DNA of 64,000 nt. Source: Bdellovibrionales bacterium. GTDB lineage: Bacteria > Bdellovibrionota > Bdellovibrionia > Bdellovibrionales > UBA1609. The first letter of the stretch is position 1. Every line of letters starts with the position of its first letter. Below the pieces are notes generated by a model. That model ran no database searches. It saw nothing but the letters and a program-made list of their open reading frames with translations, and was not told the DNA's origin. Made by a program: the position numbers and the translations under genes. The DNA is taken from positions 768,001 through 832,000 of the forward strand of contig CBDCMT010000001.1 of the NCBI GenBank assembly GCA_965219095.1, in the 5' to 3' direction. This document shows positions 1 through 10,894 of this stretch, one piece after another.

Positions 1-42
1 GTGGATAGAAAAAACACCTCCATTATTTTAGGTATTTTCAAA

Positions 43-306
43 TGTAATAGATGTTATATGATCTGACAGTTACCCTCCTTAGGTTAATAAAAAACTGTCT
101 GTCAGTTTGCGTTCTGTTCAATCATCTTTTGCCTTACTTTTCCATAGATGTTTTGTAGAGCTTACAGAAAGTAATTTTTGAGTAAGTATCCACAAAGTTT
201 GTTGATAAAGACGTCCGGTACCTTTCATAGTTTCCATATAAAAAGTGTCCTGTGAGCCTAAATAACCAGGATGAGTTGTCTCTACCTTTCTACATTCTAA
301 ATTCTC
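43..306 (-). mobile_element. Degenerate, internally deleted IS481-family remnant (right end plus transposase pieces)
   Basis: Starts TGTAATAGATGTTATATGATCTGACAG and matches, with substitutions and deletions, parts of the intact IS481 at 35177-36390. Confidence 0.8.
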
Positions 307-556
307 ATGTCAAAGAGATGAAAAGTCAAAATTAAACTGGTATGAGGTGATTCTAAAACACTCTGCAATCATAGATGTGCGAAAAGTTCTTTAGAAATAC
401 AAATGGTTTTGAAAAAGGCAAAAATTACAAAAAACCTGATACACTTATAACACTCTAACCCATAAAAATCTGAAAATTGAAGTCAAAACAAGCCATCTAA
501 ACTTGATGCTGTTTTTGTCTTGCTTTGAAATGTAGTCCAAAGAAGTTTTTTGAAAA

Positions 557-3163
557 TCACCAGCAGCTATGTAAAGGACTGAATTCTAACGACTTTCCAA
601 GATCTATCTGCCTAGAGGTCCATTGATTTAAAACCCGCTCTTTATCATGCCTTTCAAAAAAATCATCTCCATAAGTTTTTTTCCAATGATTCTGATGTTC
701 TTTAAATTGGGACACAAGATTGTGCTTTGTTTTTAAAAGCCAGTCATGACTCAAAGCTACCTCAACAAGATGAGGGGATGTTTTCGTTAGACTGAGCATA
801 CGACAACGACGAGAAGGGGTAGAGTTTTCATCCTCATAAGTATAAATGGGGACTTTTACATCGATAACTCCTTCTCCTTCTCCTTCTCCTTCTCCTTCTC
901 CCATAGATCCTGTCAAAAACTCCCCCGAAGCATGGAATGCGTGATTCATTAAGAGGTTTCTAAGGGATTCCTCTAAGGACATAATCCAAGGCCCTTTTTC
1001 CACACGGTTATTGTGTTTACCAATAGAACTTAATGAAGTTAAAAGCTTTGTTGTTACCTGGTATTCGTACTGCTTTAAAAAATCCTCATTTAAAATTTGC
1101 CGATCGAAAGTGTCATTTCCACTTAATGTTTGCGTTAAGAAATCATCAGCTAAGGGATTAAGACTTAAGAAATTTCCTCTTAAGTCATTAAAGTCGCCAG
1201 AAGAAAGATTCTGTGTATCTTCAAATTCACTTCCCTTCATCTCTTCAAGTACTTTTTCCTTAAGAACTGTCAAAAGAGGCCACCTTGATTCTCTTTTAGG
1301 AAAAGCAAGGGATAAAACATCATTAAAGGGATTTTCTCCAAGAGATTGAAACTCTTTTTCTAAAAATTTAAGTTTTTCTTCTCTCATTATACCTTCCCTT
1401 ATAACAGAGTTAACATGCGCAAATTTTCTTTCTATAGAGAGAAAATTTGTACCTTCTTGAAAGAAGGAGAGAAATTTTTTCATATAAAGTTCTACATGCT
1501 CTGCTAAATTTACAGGTAAAGAAGTTTTTCCTGTTTTCAAAATATTCAAAGATAAAACCACAGGTGTTGTGGATAAAAGAGCTTTGATCTTAAGGAGTGT
1601 TTCTTTTATGATAGGAAAACTATCATGTCGATTACAGTCTGCATATAAATGAATTTGACTGTCTGTGCAAAACAGAGGGGATGTATCATCATGGTTAATC
1701 TTTTTATTGTAATAAAGGACTTCTATAGCTAGCTTATCGTACTCTAAAATGAAGTCAGGTTTTTTCCGAATCGATGCTCCTATCAATAAATTTTCCTCCA
1801 TATTTAGGTAATCCATAACAGAGCTGGAGAGGACAAGATCTGCTAACTCATCTTTTTTAAAATAATGATTTATAGCCTGCTTTAAAATTTCAGGGGTGAC
1901 ATAGTCCTTTTTGTGTAAAGAACCTGCAAAATTATGTCTTAACCCTAAAACATGACCTATTTCATGGGCTACCATAGATGTTATAAAATCTCCCCCAATA
2001 CGTATTTGTTCAACTTCATCTAAAGCCATCAAATTTTCTCTAAGATCTAAGAAATAAGATTTAAACCGCTTAGAGTGATGAGTCTTTTCATGGCTATCAT
2101 GAACTTCAAAATTCTCGAAATCTCTGTGAGGCTGAGGCTGTGCAAACTCACCTTTTTGTAAAACTTCTATTAAAAAATGATCCCTTCTTCCATCTCCCAT
2201 TCCTAAATAACTTGCTCCTTGTATTATTTCACCAGTTAAAGGGTCCATAGTCATATCAGCATAAGCAAAATTAAAGTTGATATCCAGCCAATGGATAACA
2301 TTTTTAAATTTTGTATGAGCATGAGGTAAATGAACGACTTCATTTTCAGGGGCCATTTTTACACTTAGAATCTCCTTTTTAAAGGCACGGTTCCAATAAA
2401 GGACCCCATCCTTAACCGCTTGGATGTATTCCTTAGGTGTGTTAGAGCTCATGTAGAATACAATAGGCTTTCTTATATCCCATTTTCCTGTGTACATAAC
2501 ACTTTCTTTCTTATCATTGAGGACGGGGTGACTTTCAAAAAATCCGTAATGTAGGAACTTATCTTTTTTATCCTCTCTCGGCTCAAAACCTTCATTCACT
2601 TTGTAAGGACTTAGAATGTAAAAGGCTTGGTAGTGTGTCTCTTGATTGTTGTTTTGTACACCTAAAACTTGATGAATATGAATTTCTTTTGTATTTGAGT
2701 GAAAACGTATTTCTTTGATATAAGAAAGATGGGCTTGAAAAACAGGTTTTTTAAAAGGATGATCCAAGCCAAAGTCAGATGCCACAAAATCAGCAGTGCC
2801 ATAGACTTTACCCATGCCCTGACTCCAATCAATGACAACATAATCCCTCTTTTTCTTTAAAATTTTAAATTCAGCAAAAACTAAATCTGAAAGTTCAGGG
2901 TTTATAACTTGTCCTTCACTTGCATTGAACATATAAATTTTATCCCCCCGCCTTTTAAAAAACACAACACGGCTTTGAATGGATCTCCCTAGAAGAACAG
3001 ATCTTTGTGGAGAGATAAAACCTCTTAATAAATACTTCTCTTTTTTTTCTATAACATCTTTATTAATTTGGAGTTCTCCTTTGTAAGAGACTGTTTCTTC
3101 GGCATAGCTGAAAAAACTGAACACAAAAAGAAAAACTATGGAGGTTAAATACAGTACTTTCAT
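557..3163 (-). CDS. Secreted zinc-dependent metalloprotease (Met-zincin, DUF4953/EcxA-like)
   Basis: Signal peptide; HEIGHVLGLRHNFAGS zinc motif; SSVMDY Met-turn; upstream AVKDGVLYWNRAF and DPLTGEI motifs. Short (GE)n tract encoded by TCCTTC repeats at ~869-900. Confidence 0.85.
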   Translation of the reverse strand: MKVLYLTSIVFLFVFSFFSYAEETVSYKGELQINKDVIEKKEKYLLRGFISPQRSVLLGRSIQSRVVFFKRRGDKIYMFNASEGQVINPELSDLVFAEFKILKKKRDYVVIDWSQGMGKVYGTADFVASDFGLDHPFKKPVFQAHLSYIKEIRFHSNTKEIHIHQVLGVQNNNQETHYQAFYILSPYKVNEGFEPREDKKDKFLHYGFFESHPVLNDKKESVMYTGKWDIRKPIVFYMSSNTPKEYIQAVKDGVLYWNRAFKKEILSVKMAPENEVVHLPHAHTKFKNVIHWLDINFNFAYADMTMDPLTGEIIQGASYLGMGDGRRDHFLIEVLQKGEFAQPQPHRDFENFEVHDSHEKTHHSKRFKSYFLDLRENLMALDEVEQIRIGGDFITSMVAHEIGHVLGLRHNFAGSLHKKDYVTPEILKQAINHYFKKDELADLVLSSSVMDYLNMEENLLIGASIRKKPDFILEYDKLAIEVLYYNKKINHDDTSPLFCTDSQIHLYADCNRHDSFPIIKETLLKIKALLSTTPVVLSLNILKTGKTSLPVNLAEHVELYMKKFLSFFQEGTNFLSIERKFAHVNSVIREGIMREEKLKFLEKEFQSLGENPFNDVLSLAFPKRESRWPLLTVLKEKVLEEMKGSEFEDTQNLSSGDFNDLRGNFLSLNPLADDFLTQTLSGNDTFDRQILNEDFLKQYEYQVTTKLLTSLSSIGKHNNRVEKGPWIMSLEESLRNLLMNHAFHASGEFLTGSMGEGEGEGEGEGVIDVKVPIYTYEDENSTPSRRCRMLSLTKTSPHLVEVALSHDWLLKTKHNLVSQFKEHQNHWKKTYGDDFFERHDKERVLNQWTSRQIDLGKSLEFSPLHSCW

Positions 3164-3359
3164 TACATATCCTTTCTATTAGATTACTTTTAACACCTGT
3201 GTCCTTGTGCTATCGTTACTCCGACTCATCTTATAGAATAAGGGGAGTTTACTGTCAAACAAGAGCACGATAAGACCTTATCTTCTTTAAAGAATTGGCA
3301 AAGGCTTGTCAAAATAAAACATCCTTTCATCCTGAGTTCAGTGTTTCGGAGCGATGCAG

Positions 3360-4933
3360 TAATTAGTCGAACGTGAAAAATTGACAAAAGCCTAGGATTT
3401 TTATGCTGTATGATCTTTATTCCTGTTACTTTCTACTATAGAGGGTTAAATATTTTTTCATAACTTAAACAAAACAGTAGTTTTCAAGAAGGCGTACAGG
3501 CCTTTTAAGCCATTTCAGTGAAAAAAACGAAAAAAGACGCACCTCTAGCATTAACTTTCTAAAATTTTGAGAAACTCCTGATAAAAGACTATTAATAGCA
3601 TCCCCTTGTGATCCTAATAAAAAGTTCCTTCCCATACGAGAATCTATTTTCATATGACCAATGATTGCCTCAACTGAACTTCTTCTTCTGTGAAGTTTTC
3701 TTTTGTAGGGACTTAATGTTTTACTCATTCCCCCAATATGAACATTAACTCCCGAAGGATGATGCTCTTTGCCACGATAACCTTTATCTACATACAAATT
3801 TTTTGCCTTAACCTTTGTTAAGGATTCAACTTGAGATAAGGCTGGCTTTAAACTGTGAACATCTGATACATTTTTTTCAAATGACTTTACCCCTAAAACC
3901 CAGCATTTTTTTGATGAAGTTGCCACACTCACCTTATTGCCAAATTCATATTTTTTATGGGCTTTGCCCTTCCCTATGCAATAAACCTCAGGAGCATGAA
4001 CACTATACACCTTGTTCTTATCCCCTCTTTTTTGGTTATAAATTCTTACACATAAAGATAAACATCTTTTTAAAGATGTATTCTCTTCCAAGAACTTAGG
4101 ACCTCCTTTTCTTGTAACATCTCTTATCACACGACCTAGATAAGTATGAAGCTTTCTTTGCTGTTTTCTTGCTAAACGTATTTTTCTTGTATGAGCATAA
4201 CGAGCATTCTTAAACAAACACTCCTTGGCCTTTCTTTTATAGCTTTGACGTAAAACTAAACCCTCTTTTTTAGCCCTGTGAACTAAAGTCTTTAAAGCTT
4301 TGTAATAAAGACGGCTGTCTGTAGGAAAAGCTATTGCTTTCTCTTGAACAGTTGTATCAACAACTACATTCTCAAACTCTTTTTTTTTTACAAAACCCTC
4401 TCTCAAAGCTAAATCAATGGTTTCCTCTAAGAGAACTTCTATCTTCTCAGCCCCCATCCTCTTTCTCCAGTTAGTCAATGAACTTCTATCACAGGGATCT
4501 TCATAAGAATAAAAAGGCTGACCACAAAAATACTGCCATTGAGGACTCTCTTTGAACATTTCTATTGTCTTCTCGTCACTTAAATTATAAATGTATTTCA
4601 AGCACTGAAGTCCCACCATTAAACGAGTTGAAAGACCTGGACGACCTTTTTTTTCATCATACTTCGAACCAAAAACTTTATCAAAACGATCCCAGTCTAT
4701 TTTATTAGCTAAAATGACAAGCGGATGCTTCTTATGAACAATGTCGTTTACTCTAAAATTAAGAGGGCTTCTCTTTTGTGTGCTGAACATGTCTTTTGGC
4801 CTCATCTTTTTTCCTTTCTGTTTTGCAAGGTTTTTTATCTGTTTTTCCACTTCCTTGCAATTATTTTTATGCAAAAATTACAAAAAAACAAGTGTTTTTA
4901 GCTGTTTGTGCATTTTTCACGTTCGACTAATTA
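3360..4933 (-). mobile_element. IS5-family insertion sequence
   Basis: 21-bp terminal inverted repeat TAATTAGTCGAACGTGAAAAA (3360-3380) / TTTTTCACGTTCGACTAATTA (4913-4933) around the transposase. Confidence 0.9.
3465..4874 (-). CDS. IS5-family transposase (start codon uncertain)
   Basis: GRPGLSTRLMVGL, VVDTTVQEKAIAFPTD, KGKAHKKYEFG, VDKGYRG and RRRSSVEAIIGHMK motifs. Confidence 0.92.
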   Translation of the reverse strand: MHKNNCKEVEKQIKNLAKQKGKKMRPKDMFSTQKRSPLNFRVNDIVHKKHPLVILANKIDWDRFDKVFGSKYDEKKGRPGLSTRLMVGLQCLKYIYNLSDEKTIEMFKESPQWQYFCGQPFYSYEDPCDRSSLTNWRKRMGAEKIEVLLEETIDLALREGFVKKKEFENVVVDTTVQEKAIAFPTDSRLYYKALKTLVHRAKKEGLVLRQSYKRKAKECLFKNARYAHTRKIRLARKQQRKLHTYLGRVIRDVTRKGGPKFLEENTSLKRCLSLCVRIYNQKRGDKNKVYSVHAPEVYCIGKGKAHKKYEFGNKVSVATSSKKCWVLGVKSFEKNVSDVHSLKPALSQVESLTKVKAKNLYVDKGYRGKEHHPSGVNVHIGGMSKTLSPYKRKLHRRRSSVEAIIGHMKIDSRMGRNFLLGSQGDAINSLLSGVSQNFRKLMLEVRLFSFFSLKWLKRPVRLLENYCFV

Positions 4934-4942
4934 TAATTATTT

Positions 4943-4990
4943 GCCTCCTCAAAAGAATCTGTGGGTTCCCGGAGGTTCTTTTGAGGAGAC
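4943..4990. mobile_element. 48-bp ISL3 end stub (hairpin)
   Basis: GCCTCCTCAAAAGAATCTGTGGGTTCCCGGAGGTTC is identical to the ISL3 right end; it is closed by TTTTGAGGAGAC. Confidence 0.8.
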
Positions 4991-5900
4991 GGAAAAATAA
5001 TGCTTTGTGACAATTGTTTTGCCTAAAAGACTTCCCTTTAGTAAGAAAATAAAAAGTCCCTGTTTTTTCTTTCACTTGAAAAGAGATGTAGGGATGATCA
5101 AGCAAAAGGAGGCTTTCTTATTTTAAAACTCTCCTACTTTTTTTTATTATTCTTACTTTTAACAATTAGCTTTCTTGTCTTTGATAAAAGAGCTTACTCT
5201 GTCATCTTTATCTTAACCACCCTTATCTTTCATATTCATTGTTTCTTAAGTGCAAAAAAAAAGTCTTATCATCCTGAAGCAAAAGAGTTAAGAGGACAAG
5301 ACCCCTACAAACTTAACCACCTTCAGAAAACACTTAAATTCAATTTTCGTCTTTTTATACACCCTTCTTCAAGCCTTCAGTCGTGGTCTTTTTCAAAAAA
5401 CAAAGTCTTTTTCACCCAAGGAGTTGTGAATCACCTCACTTTAGAAGAAAGGGAGAGTCTTTTATTTTACCACAGTTTAAGCTTTCAAAATAAAATTCCT
5501 CAAAACATAAGTTTTTTAGTTGCCTTGATTTCCCCTTTGTGGAGCTTTTCTTTATTTTTAGATAAGTTAGTGAGTTGGTTTTTTGCCTCTCAAAGATTAA
5601 AGCCCTTTAGTTTGTTATCAAGACCTCTGTTGAACTTCTTTGTAAGTCTAGGGGGTTCAAGGGCTACAATTTTTAAAATTGATAAGCTTGTGTTTTCTCA
5701 ATTCCAAAGCTGGCCTCGTACTTTGACAAACCTACAATCTTCTCAAAATAAAAACCCTCTCAAAAGTCCTCCCTTTTTAGACTTCCTCCTCCTTACCCCT
5801 TATGAATCTGAAAAGAGGCTGTTTTCAATGCCTCCTCCCACCTTTAAAAGAGTGAAACATCTTACAAATTTTCCTCTTGTATAGTGCAGAAGTTTAGGAC

Positions 5901-5928
5901 TTGACGAGTTGTTTTTTTATAATATGAT
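5901..5928 (+). promoter_or_regulatory. Candidate sigma70 promoter for DUF1844-htrA, possibly leaderless
   Basis: TTGACG (5901-5906), 16 bp, TATGAT (5923-5928); ATG at 5934 with no Shine-Dalgarno. Confidence 0.3.
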
Positions 5929-5933
5929 GAGCT

Positions 5934-6197
5934 ATGTCTGAAAATAAAAAAAAACTAGAGGTTACGTTTTCTACGCTAGTCATCTCTATCGGCTCCTCAG
6001 CCCTTATCTCTTTGGGAGAAGCCCCTATAGATGATAGTGGAAAAAAGGAAGTCAACCTAGATATGGCTCAACTCAACATTGGTCTCTTAACTCTTTTAAG
6101 AGAGAAAACAAAAAACAACCTCGATGAGGAAGAAGAAAAGTTTCTTAACTCCATGATCAAGAGCCTTCAGGTAAAGTATCTGGAATTAAAAGCATGA
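5934..6197 (+). CDS. DUF1844 family protein
   Basis: FSTLVISIGSSALISLG...NLDMAQLNIGLLTLLREKTKNNLDEEE pattern. Confidence 0.85.
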   Translation: MSENKKKLEVTFSTLVISIGSSALISLGEAPIDDSGKKEVNLDMAQLNIGLLTLLREKTKNNLDEEEEKFLNSMIKSLQVKYLELKA

Positions 6198-7612
6198 GAA
6201 GAATATTCATCTTTATTTTTCTTTCACTTTACTTCACACAAATCGAAGGCAAGCTTCCTAAGGTTATTAAAGGTGCTCCCCTTCCTTCCAACATCTTTGT
6301 TGAGCTTTCAAAAATGATCAACCCCTTGGTTGTAAACATTTCTACAACAACTATTCTCAGACAAAACCCTCTTTCTAACTACTACGATGATCCCTTCTCT
6401 TTTTTCTTAAAAAGGTATTATGGAAGAGTTCCTATACAAAAAACCCAGTCCTTAGGAAGTGGTTTTATCATTCGTGAAGATGGTTTGATCATCACAAACT
6501 CTCATGTCATTGATAAAGCCTCAGAGATCACAGTCACTTTACACTCAGACCCCACTGTCTATAAAGCTGAAATCATAGGACAAGATCCAAGAACAGACAT
6601 TGCTCTCATTAAGATCAAACCTAATAAAAAACTTAAAACAGCCCAACTAGGTGACAGCTCTAAAGCTGAAGTAGGTGAAATGATTGCTGTCTTTGGAAAC
6701 CCCTACGGACATAACAATACTTTGACCATAGGTGTGATCTCAGCGATCAATCGCCATGTAAATAAACTTAGTCGCTTTAACTTCATCCAAACTGATGCCA
6801 GCATTAATCCTGGGAACTCAGGAGGACCTCTTGTCAATTTAAAAGGCGAGGTCATTGGTATGAGTTCTATGGTTCTTGTAGGTCAATCTAGAATTCGTGC
6901 AGCTCAAGGGATCGCATTCGCCATCCCCTCTAACCGCATCAAGCAAGTTATAAAACCCTTAGAAGAAAAAGGCTACATTGAAAGAGGTTTCATTGGTTTA
7001 GAGTTAACACCTTGGAGTGCCTACATTTCTCCTCAAAGCTTTGGCTTGAAAAAAACTAAAGGGGCTTTAGTAGGAGACGTGATGGTGAAAAGTCCTGCAA
7101 AAAAAGCAGGAATCAAACCCTATGATGTGATTATTGAATTTAACGGCAAAGAAATTTTGGGTCCCGATGAACTTGTCTTCTTAGCCTCTGAAACTTCGGT
7201 AGGGCAAAAAGTTAAAGTGAAAGTTCTACGCAATAAAGGAAGAACAGAAAAAACCTTAACCCTTACTGTGGGAAAACTCCCCTCTTCCTATGCAAAAAGC
7301 CCACAAAAAAGAAAAAGAAAATTTGACCTATCAAAAATAAAAAAATACGATACAGGTTTTGGATTTAAAGTTATAGCTTATAGTAATAAAATTGCTCAAT
7401 TTCTAGGGATAGGAGCTTTACCCCATCCTAGACCCATTATTATTGAAGTGTCCCCTAAATTACAGATGAAGCTCATAAAAGGAGATGTCATTTTAGATGT
7501 AAACCAAAAACCAACTCCTAGACCGCAAAATGTGAAACAATCTCTAGTGAAGGGAGAAGTTAACTTTATACGCATCTTGAGAAAGGGACGTGTCTTTATA
7601 GTCAACCTTTAA
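6194..7612 (+). CDS. htrA: HtrA/DegP/DegQ periplasmic serine protease with PDZ domains
   Basis: GSGFII, TNSHV (His), DIAL (Asp), IQTDASINPGNSGGPL (Ser), C-terminal PDZ; overlaps the upstream stop (ATGA). Confidence 0.93.
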   Translation: MRRIFIFIFLSLYFTQIEGKLPKVIKGAPLPSNIFVELSKMINPLVVNISTTTILRQNPLSNYYDDPFSFFLKRYYGRVPIQKTQSLGSGFIIREDGLIITNSHVIDKASEITVTLHSDPTVYKAEIIGQDPRTDIALIKIKPNKKLKTAQLGDSSKAEVGEMIAVFGNPYGHNNTLTIGVISAINRHVNKLSRFNFIQTDASINPGNSGGPLVNLKGEVIGMSSMVLVGQSRIRAAQGIAFAIPSNRIKQVIKPLEEKGYIERGFIGLELTPWSAYISPQSFGLKKTKGALVGDVMVKSPAKKAGIKPYDVIIEFNGKEILGPDELVFLASETSVGQKVKVKVLRNKGRTEKTLTLTVGKLPSSYAKSPQKRKRKFDLSKIKKYDTGFGFKVIAYSNKIAQFLGIGALPHPRPIIIEVSPKLQMKLIKGDVILDVNQKPTPRPQNVKQSLVKGEVNFIRILRKGRVFIVNL

Positions 7613-7774
7613 AAAACCCTGTTAAGCTAAATTGTATAACTCTCTCTATACTTAACTTACTACACTTCAAAAATCCCCTTTTTCTCCAGCCTGAATTGGT
7701 CTTCACTTCAAACTTCTTACCCTCTCTTATCCAACCATATGAAATCGTAGGGCCCCACTCAGGATGGGTGGAAT

Positions 7775-7845
7775 GTAAGTCGGTTTCTTAACAGCCCTTG
7801 ATATCCTCCTTATAGGAGTCAAGGGCTGTTAAAAAACCGACTTAC
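7775..7845. mobile_element. 71-bp GTAA-ended MITE stub (IS66-like ends)
   Basis: GTAAGTCGGTTTCTTAACAGCCCTTGA ... TCAAGGGCTGTTAAAAAACCGACTTAC, a 27-bp near-perfect inverted repeat; same ends as 58140-58397. Confidence 0.8.
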
Positions 7846-8518
7846 CTTAGAATCATTAAAAAATTAAAAAGGAAATAATAAAATTAACAACTTAGCCGTC
7901 ACTGTCCATCTTACAAATTTCCTGAAAGTTCTCTAAGGTTTCTTCATTTTTTACTCTGAACTCACTCTAAAAAAACTAAGTGTGTGATAAGTTACTTGTA
8001 GTTTTATAAGAGCTTAGCTTTTGTACTTACTTTTGAAAACCAGGATTTAATTGTTGTATTATCTCTAGCGACGTAACTGTTCACTTAAATTCTAGTAATT
8101 TTAATGTTTAGAGAGGTATTCAGTAGCCATGTCAACGAAGGATAGATTCTGTTTTTTGGCCGTTCGAGCGACACTCATCATAACCTCTTGGTTATGGGCT
8201 CCCTGTTCTGAGCGATTGCAATAAGAGATTTTTCTCATAAGTACAGCAGGCCTAATTTCCCTCTCTCCATAATTGTTAGTGGGGTCTACTCCAGACTTAA
8301 TGAAAGTATAAATTTCATCTCGATATTTGACCAAACGTTTACAAAGCCTTTGTAAGTCATGGCTTCTGTATTTTTTTGATACCCATTTTTCTGTATCACA
8401 CATAAGCAGTTTGTATTTTCGATCGATATTCTCTTTACTCTCATATTCATTTTGCAACCTTTTTCCTCTCTTAAAAAAAAGTTTGGCTCTCTTAGAAAAC
8501 TGAGCAATTTCTTTGTTT

Positions 8519-10038
8519 GCCTCCTCAAAAGAATCTGTGGGTTCCCGGAGGTTCTGGCAGTTTTCCAAGGTTATGATATAAGGCGATTTTTATAGCTTTA
8601 GAGGTTCTAAAGCCGTAAGATTTTCTCATAGTGAGTTTTACTTTGTTGTTTAAACCCTCTACAATCCCTGAGGAGAAGGCTTTTTTAGCCTTGAAGTAAT
8701 TAAGAATAAGTAGCTTATGTCTTCGTATGGTTTTTGCTTCTCTTTTCATAGGTTCAATTTTTGAAAGCATGACTCGTCTCGTCCAACTGTCTATAAATTT
8801 ACCAGCCCAAGTTGGTGAAACATAGGTCCATAACTGTCGGAAGTCTTCTTTTAAAAAATAACAGCGGATACTTTTTAAATTGTACTGTATTAAATGCCTT
8901 AATTTTACTTTTTCATAAGATTTTAAATTTTCTGCATTTTTTAACAAGGGCCATCTAGCTTTTGTTAAAAGGGGTTCATACCCGTCTTCTTTCATTTTTT
9001 TGTGTTCTGAAGCTCTCACTTCGTCTAAAGCCTTATTGAGTCTTGCTACGATATGAAACCGATCTAATATATTCAAAGCTTGACTTGCCCTTTCCTTTAT
9101 TACTTTTAAATAGGGCTTCCACATATCAGAACACACAAACTGTATATCTTTTGACTTCTCTCCTAGTAAATCAAAAAACTTGTTGAAACTCTCCTCTGTT
9201 CTTTTTTCTCCTATCCATAGCAAACGAACACTTTCTTTGCTTATTTCATAGACTAAGGTGAGATACTGATGGTTCTTTTTCCATTGTATTTCATCTACAC
9301 CTATAGCTTGTATTCCCTTTAAAACCCTTTGTTTTAAACCATATTCTACGACCCATTCTACCGAAGCATAGACCTGATTCCAACTGACATGAAACTTACA
9401 AGAAACCTCTTTCCAAGACAGGTGACGACACCATTCAGCTAAATACTTCATGTAAAAGATCGTTAGGTTTTTCTTACCATCTGCCCAAGGTAAATACTCA
9501 ACTTTTACCCCACAGCAAGAACAATTAACTCTTCTTACAAAATAAACAAAAAACACCCTGTAACTTAAAATAGGAAGGGATTCAAAGTCCCGTGATGATT
9601 TACTGCTGTCATACACTGAACAGGGCTTCTTACAAACACTACAAAAAGCTTGGCCATTTTTACGAGCCTTAATAGGAACATTAATTGACTTTCTATCTTT
9701 TGAAAAATAAATGTCTTCGTACACAAAAGACTTCCATCTTAAACAATCATTTAGTATAGTCTTCAAAAGCATCTCTTCCCTCCTTTTTTTTTTTTTTGAA
9801 TAACATTTTAAGGCATCTGGGAAGTAGGTGCTTCTTTTTTAAAATTTTAATGTAACACAGCAAATAAAAGCAAATAAAATGAATGTTTTTGAGTTCAATC
9901 ACCGGAGGTGATAGAGGCCAGTAAGGGCCTCAAAGAACTCAAAAATACAAGATAGAATGTCTTACTCTTACTTTGATTAATATGAGCTCTTTTGGGGGAT
10001 TTCTTCTACTTTTCACCCACAGATTCCCGGGAGGAGCC
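8519..10038 (-). mobile_element. ISL3-family IS, copy 1
   Basis: Ends GCCTCCTCAAAAGAATCTGTGGGT / ACCCACAGATTCCCGGGAGGAGCC; 8-bp target duplication CTTTGTTT. Confidence 0.95.
8525..9772 (-). CDS. ISL3-family transposase
   Basis: Zinc finger, IGVDE, VCSDMWKPY, LDRFHIV, EGLNNKVK and YGFR motifs. Confidence 0.95.
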   Translation of the reverse strand: MLLKTILNDCLRWKSFVYEDIYFSKDRKSINVPIKARKNGQAFCSVCKKPCSVYDSSKSSRDFESLPILSYRVFFVYFVRRVNCSCCGVKVEYLPWADGKKNLTIFYMKYLAEWCRHLSWKEVSCKFHVSWNQVYASVEWVVEYGLKQRVLKGIQAIGVDEIQWKKNHQYLTLVYEISKESVRLLWIGEKRTEESFNKFFDLLGEKSKDIQFVCSDMWKPYLKVIKERASQALNILDRFHIVARLNKALDEVRASEHKKMKEDGYEPLLTKARWPLLKNAENLKSYEKVKLRHLIQYNLKSIRCYFLKEDFRQLWTYVSPTWAGKFIDSWTRRVMLSKIEPMKREAKTIRRHKLLILNYFKAKKAFSSGIVEGLNNKVKLTMRKSYGFRTSKAIKIALYHNLGKLPEPPGTHRFF

Positions 10039-10894
10039 CTTTGTTTTTAGGATGTTTTTCTTTTAGCCCATGAAGCTCCCTTAAAAGATGGGGCCAACAT
10101 TTTTGCTTTTGACAGTCAATCTTGTTATAGGCAGCATAAAAATCTGAAACTAAAACTCCACGAAAAACTTCTCCAAGAACATTTTTAACTACATCTTGCG
10201 AACGAGTTTGATCAATCTTATAAAATGACACATCATCATTTGAAAAACTCCAGAGCCAATGACTGTTCCCATTCACTCTCCATCCTGTCTCATCAGCATG
10301 CAAATGCCCCTGCTCCGATAACACGGACTTGATATCCTCGTAAGCCCCCTCAAACTTCCTTGCCGTACGACTTATAATCTCTGACAAAACACCACGACTG
10401 ATTTCCATACCATATTGATCAGACAAAAGATTTGTTATTTTACCAAAACTTAAACCCAACTCATATTTCCAATAACACACTTGAGCATGAAACTTAGAAC
10501 CATAAAGACTCGCTCCCAACTTATCACTGACAGAAACCTCCTTGTTACAACAACTGCACCAACTCCAGCCTACAATGTGTTTCGTGGTGATGACTTGACT
10601 TACAGGTGGTAAATCCACCTGATAGTGAACATCCCACTTATGAGAGGGAGGAAGATCAGAGTCACATTTACTACAAACCAGTGAAGTCCAAGTGGTCTCT
10701 TGATCCGCTTCCTCAGGCCTTTTTCTTCGATGAACTTTATGACCCTTTTTAGGACCCTTCTTTTTTCCTTTTTTAAGGTTTCCATCTGGATTTTTATTCT
10801 TGTTCTTTTTAGCCCACTTAGGAGGCTTGCGTATTGATTGAAGCTCCTCTTTTAGTTTCTTATTTTCTTTTTTAAAATGTTCATTATCTTTTTT

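Noticed and set aside
1011..1349. Short antisense or overlapping ORFs (also 3815, 7396, 18607, 20462, 21180, 27203, 28300, 32398, 44148, 47730, 53827, 55796 and others)
   Set aside because: Shadow frames of well-supported genes or transposases.
5426..5884. 152-aa ORF
   Set aside because: GTG start, low-complexity L/S/F composition, no recognisable motif; likely spurious or decayed.
8101..8568. ORF starts MENCQNLREPTDSFEEA (also at 24863) and MINMSS/LFGG (23466, 56215)
   Set aside because: These are read-outs from ISL3 ends fused to interrupted genes, not a real protein family.
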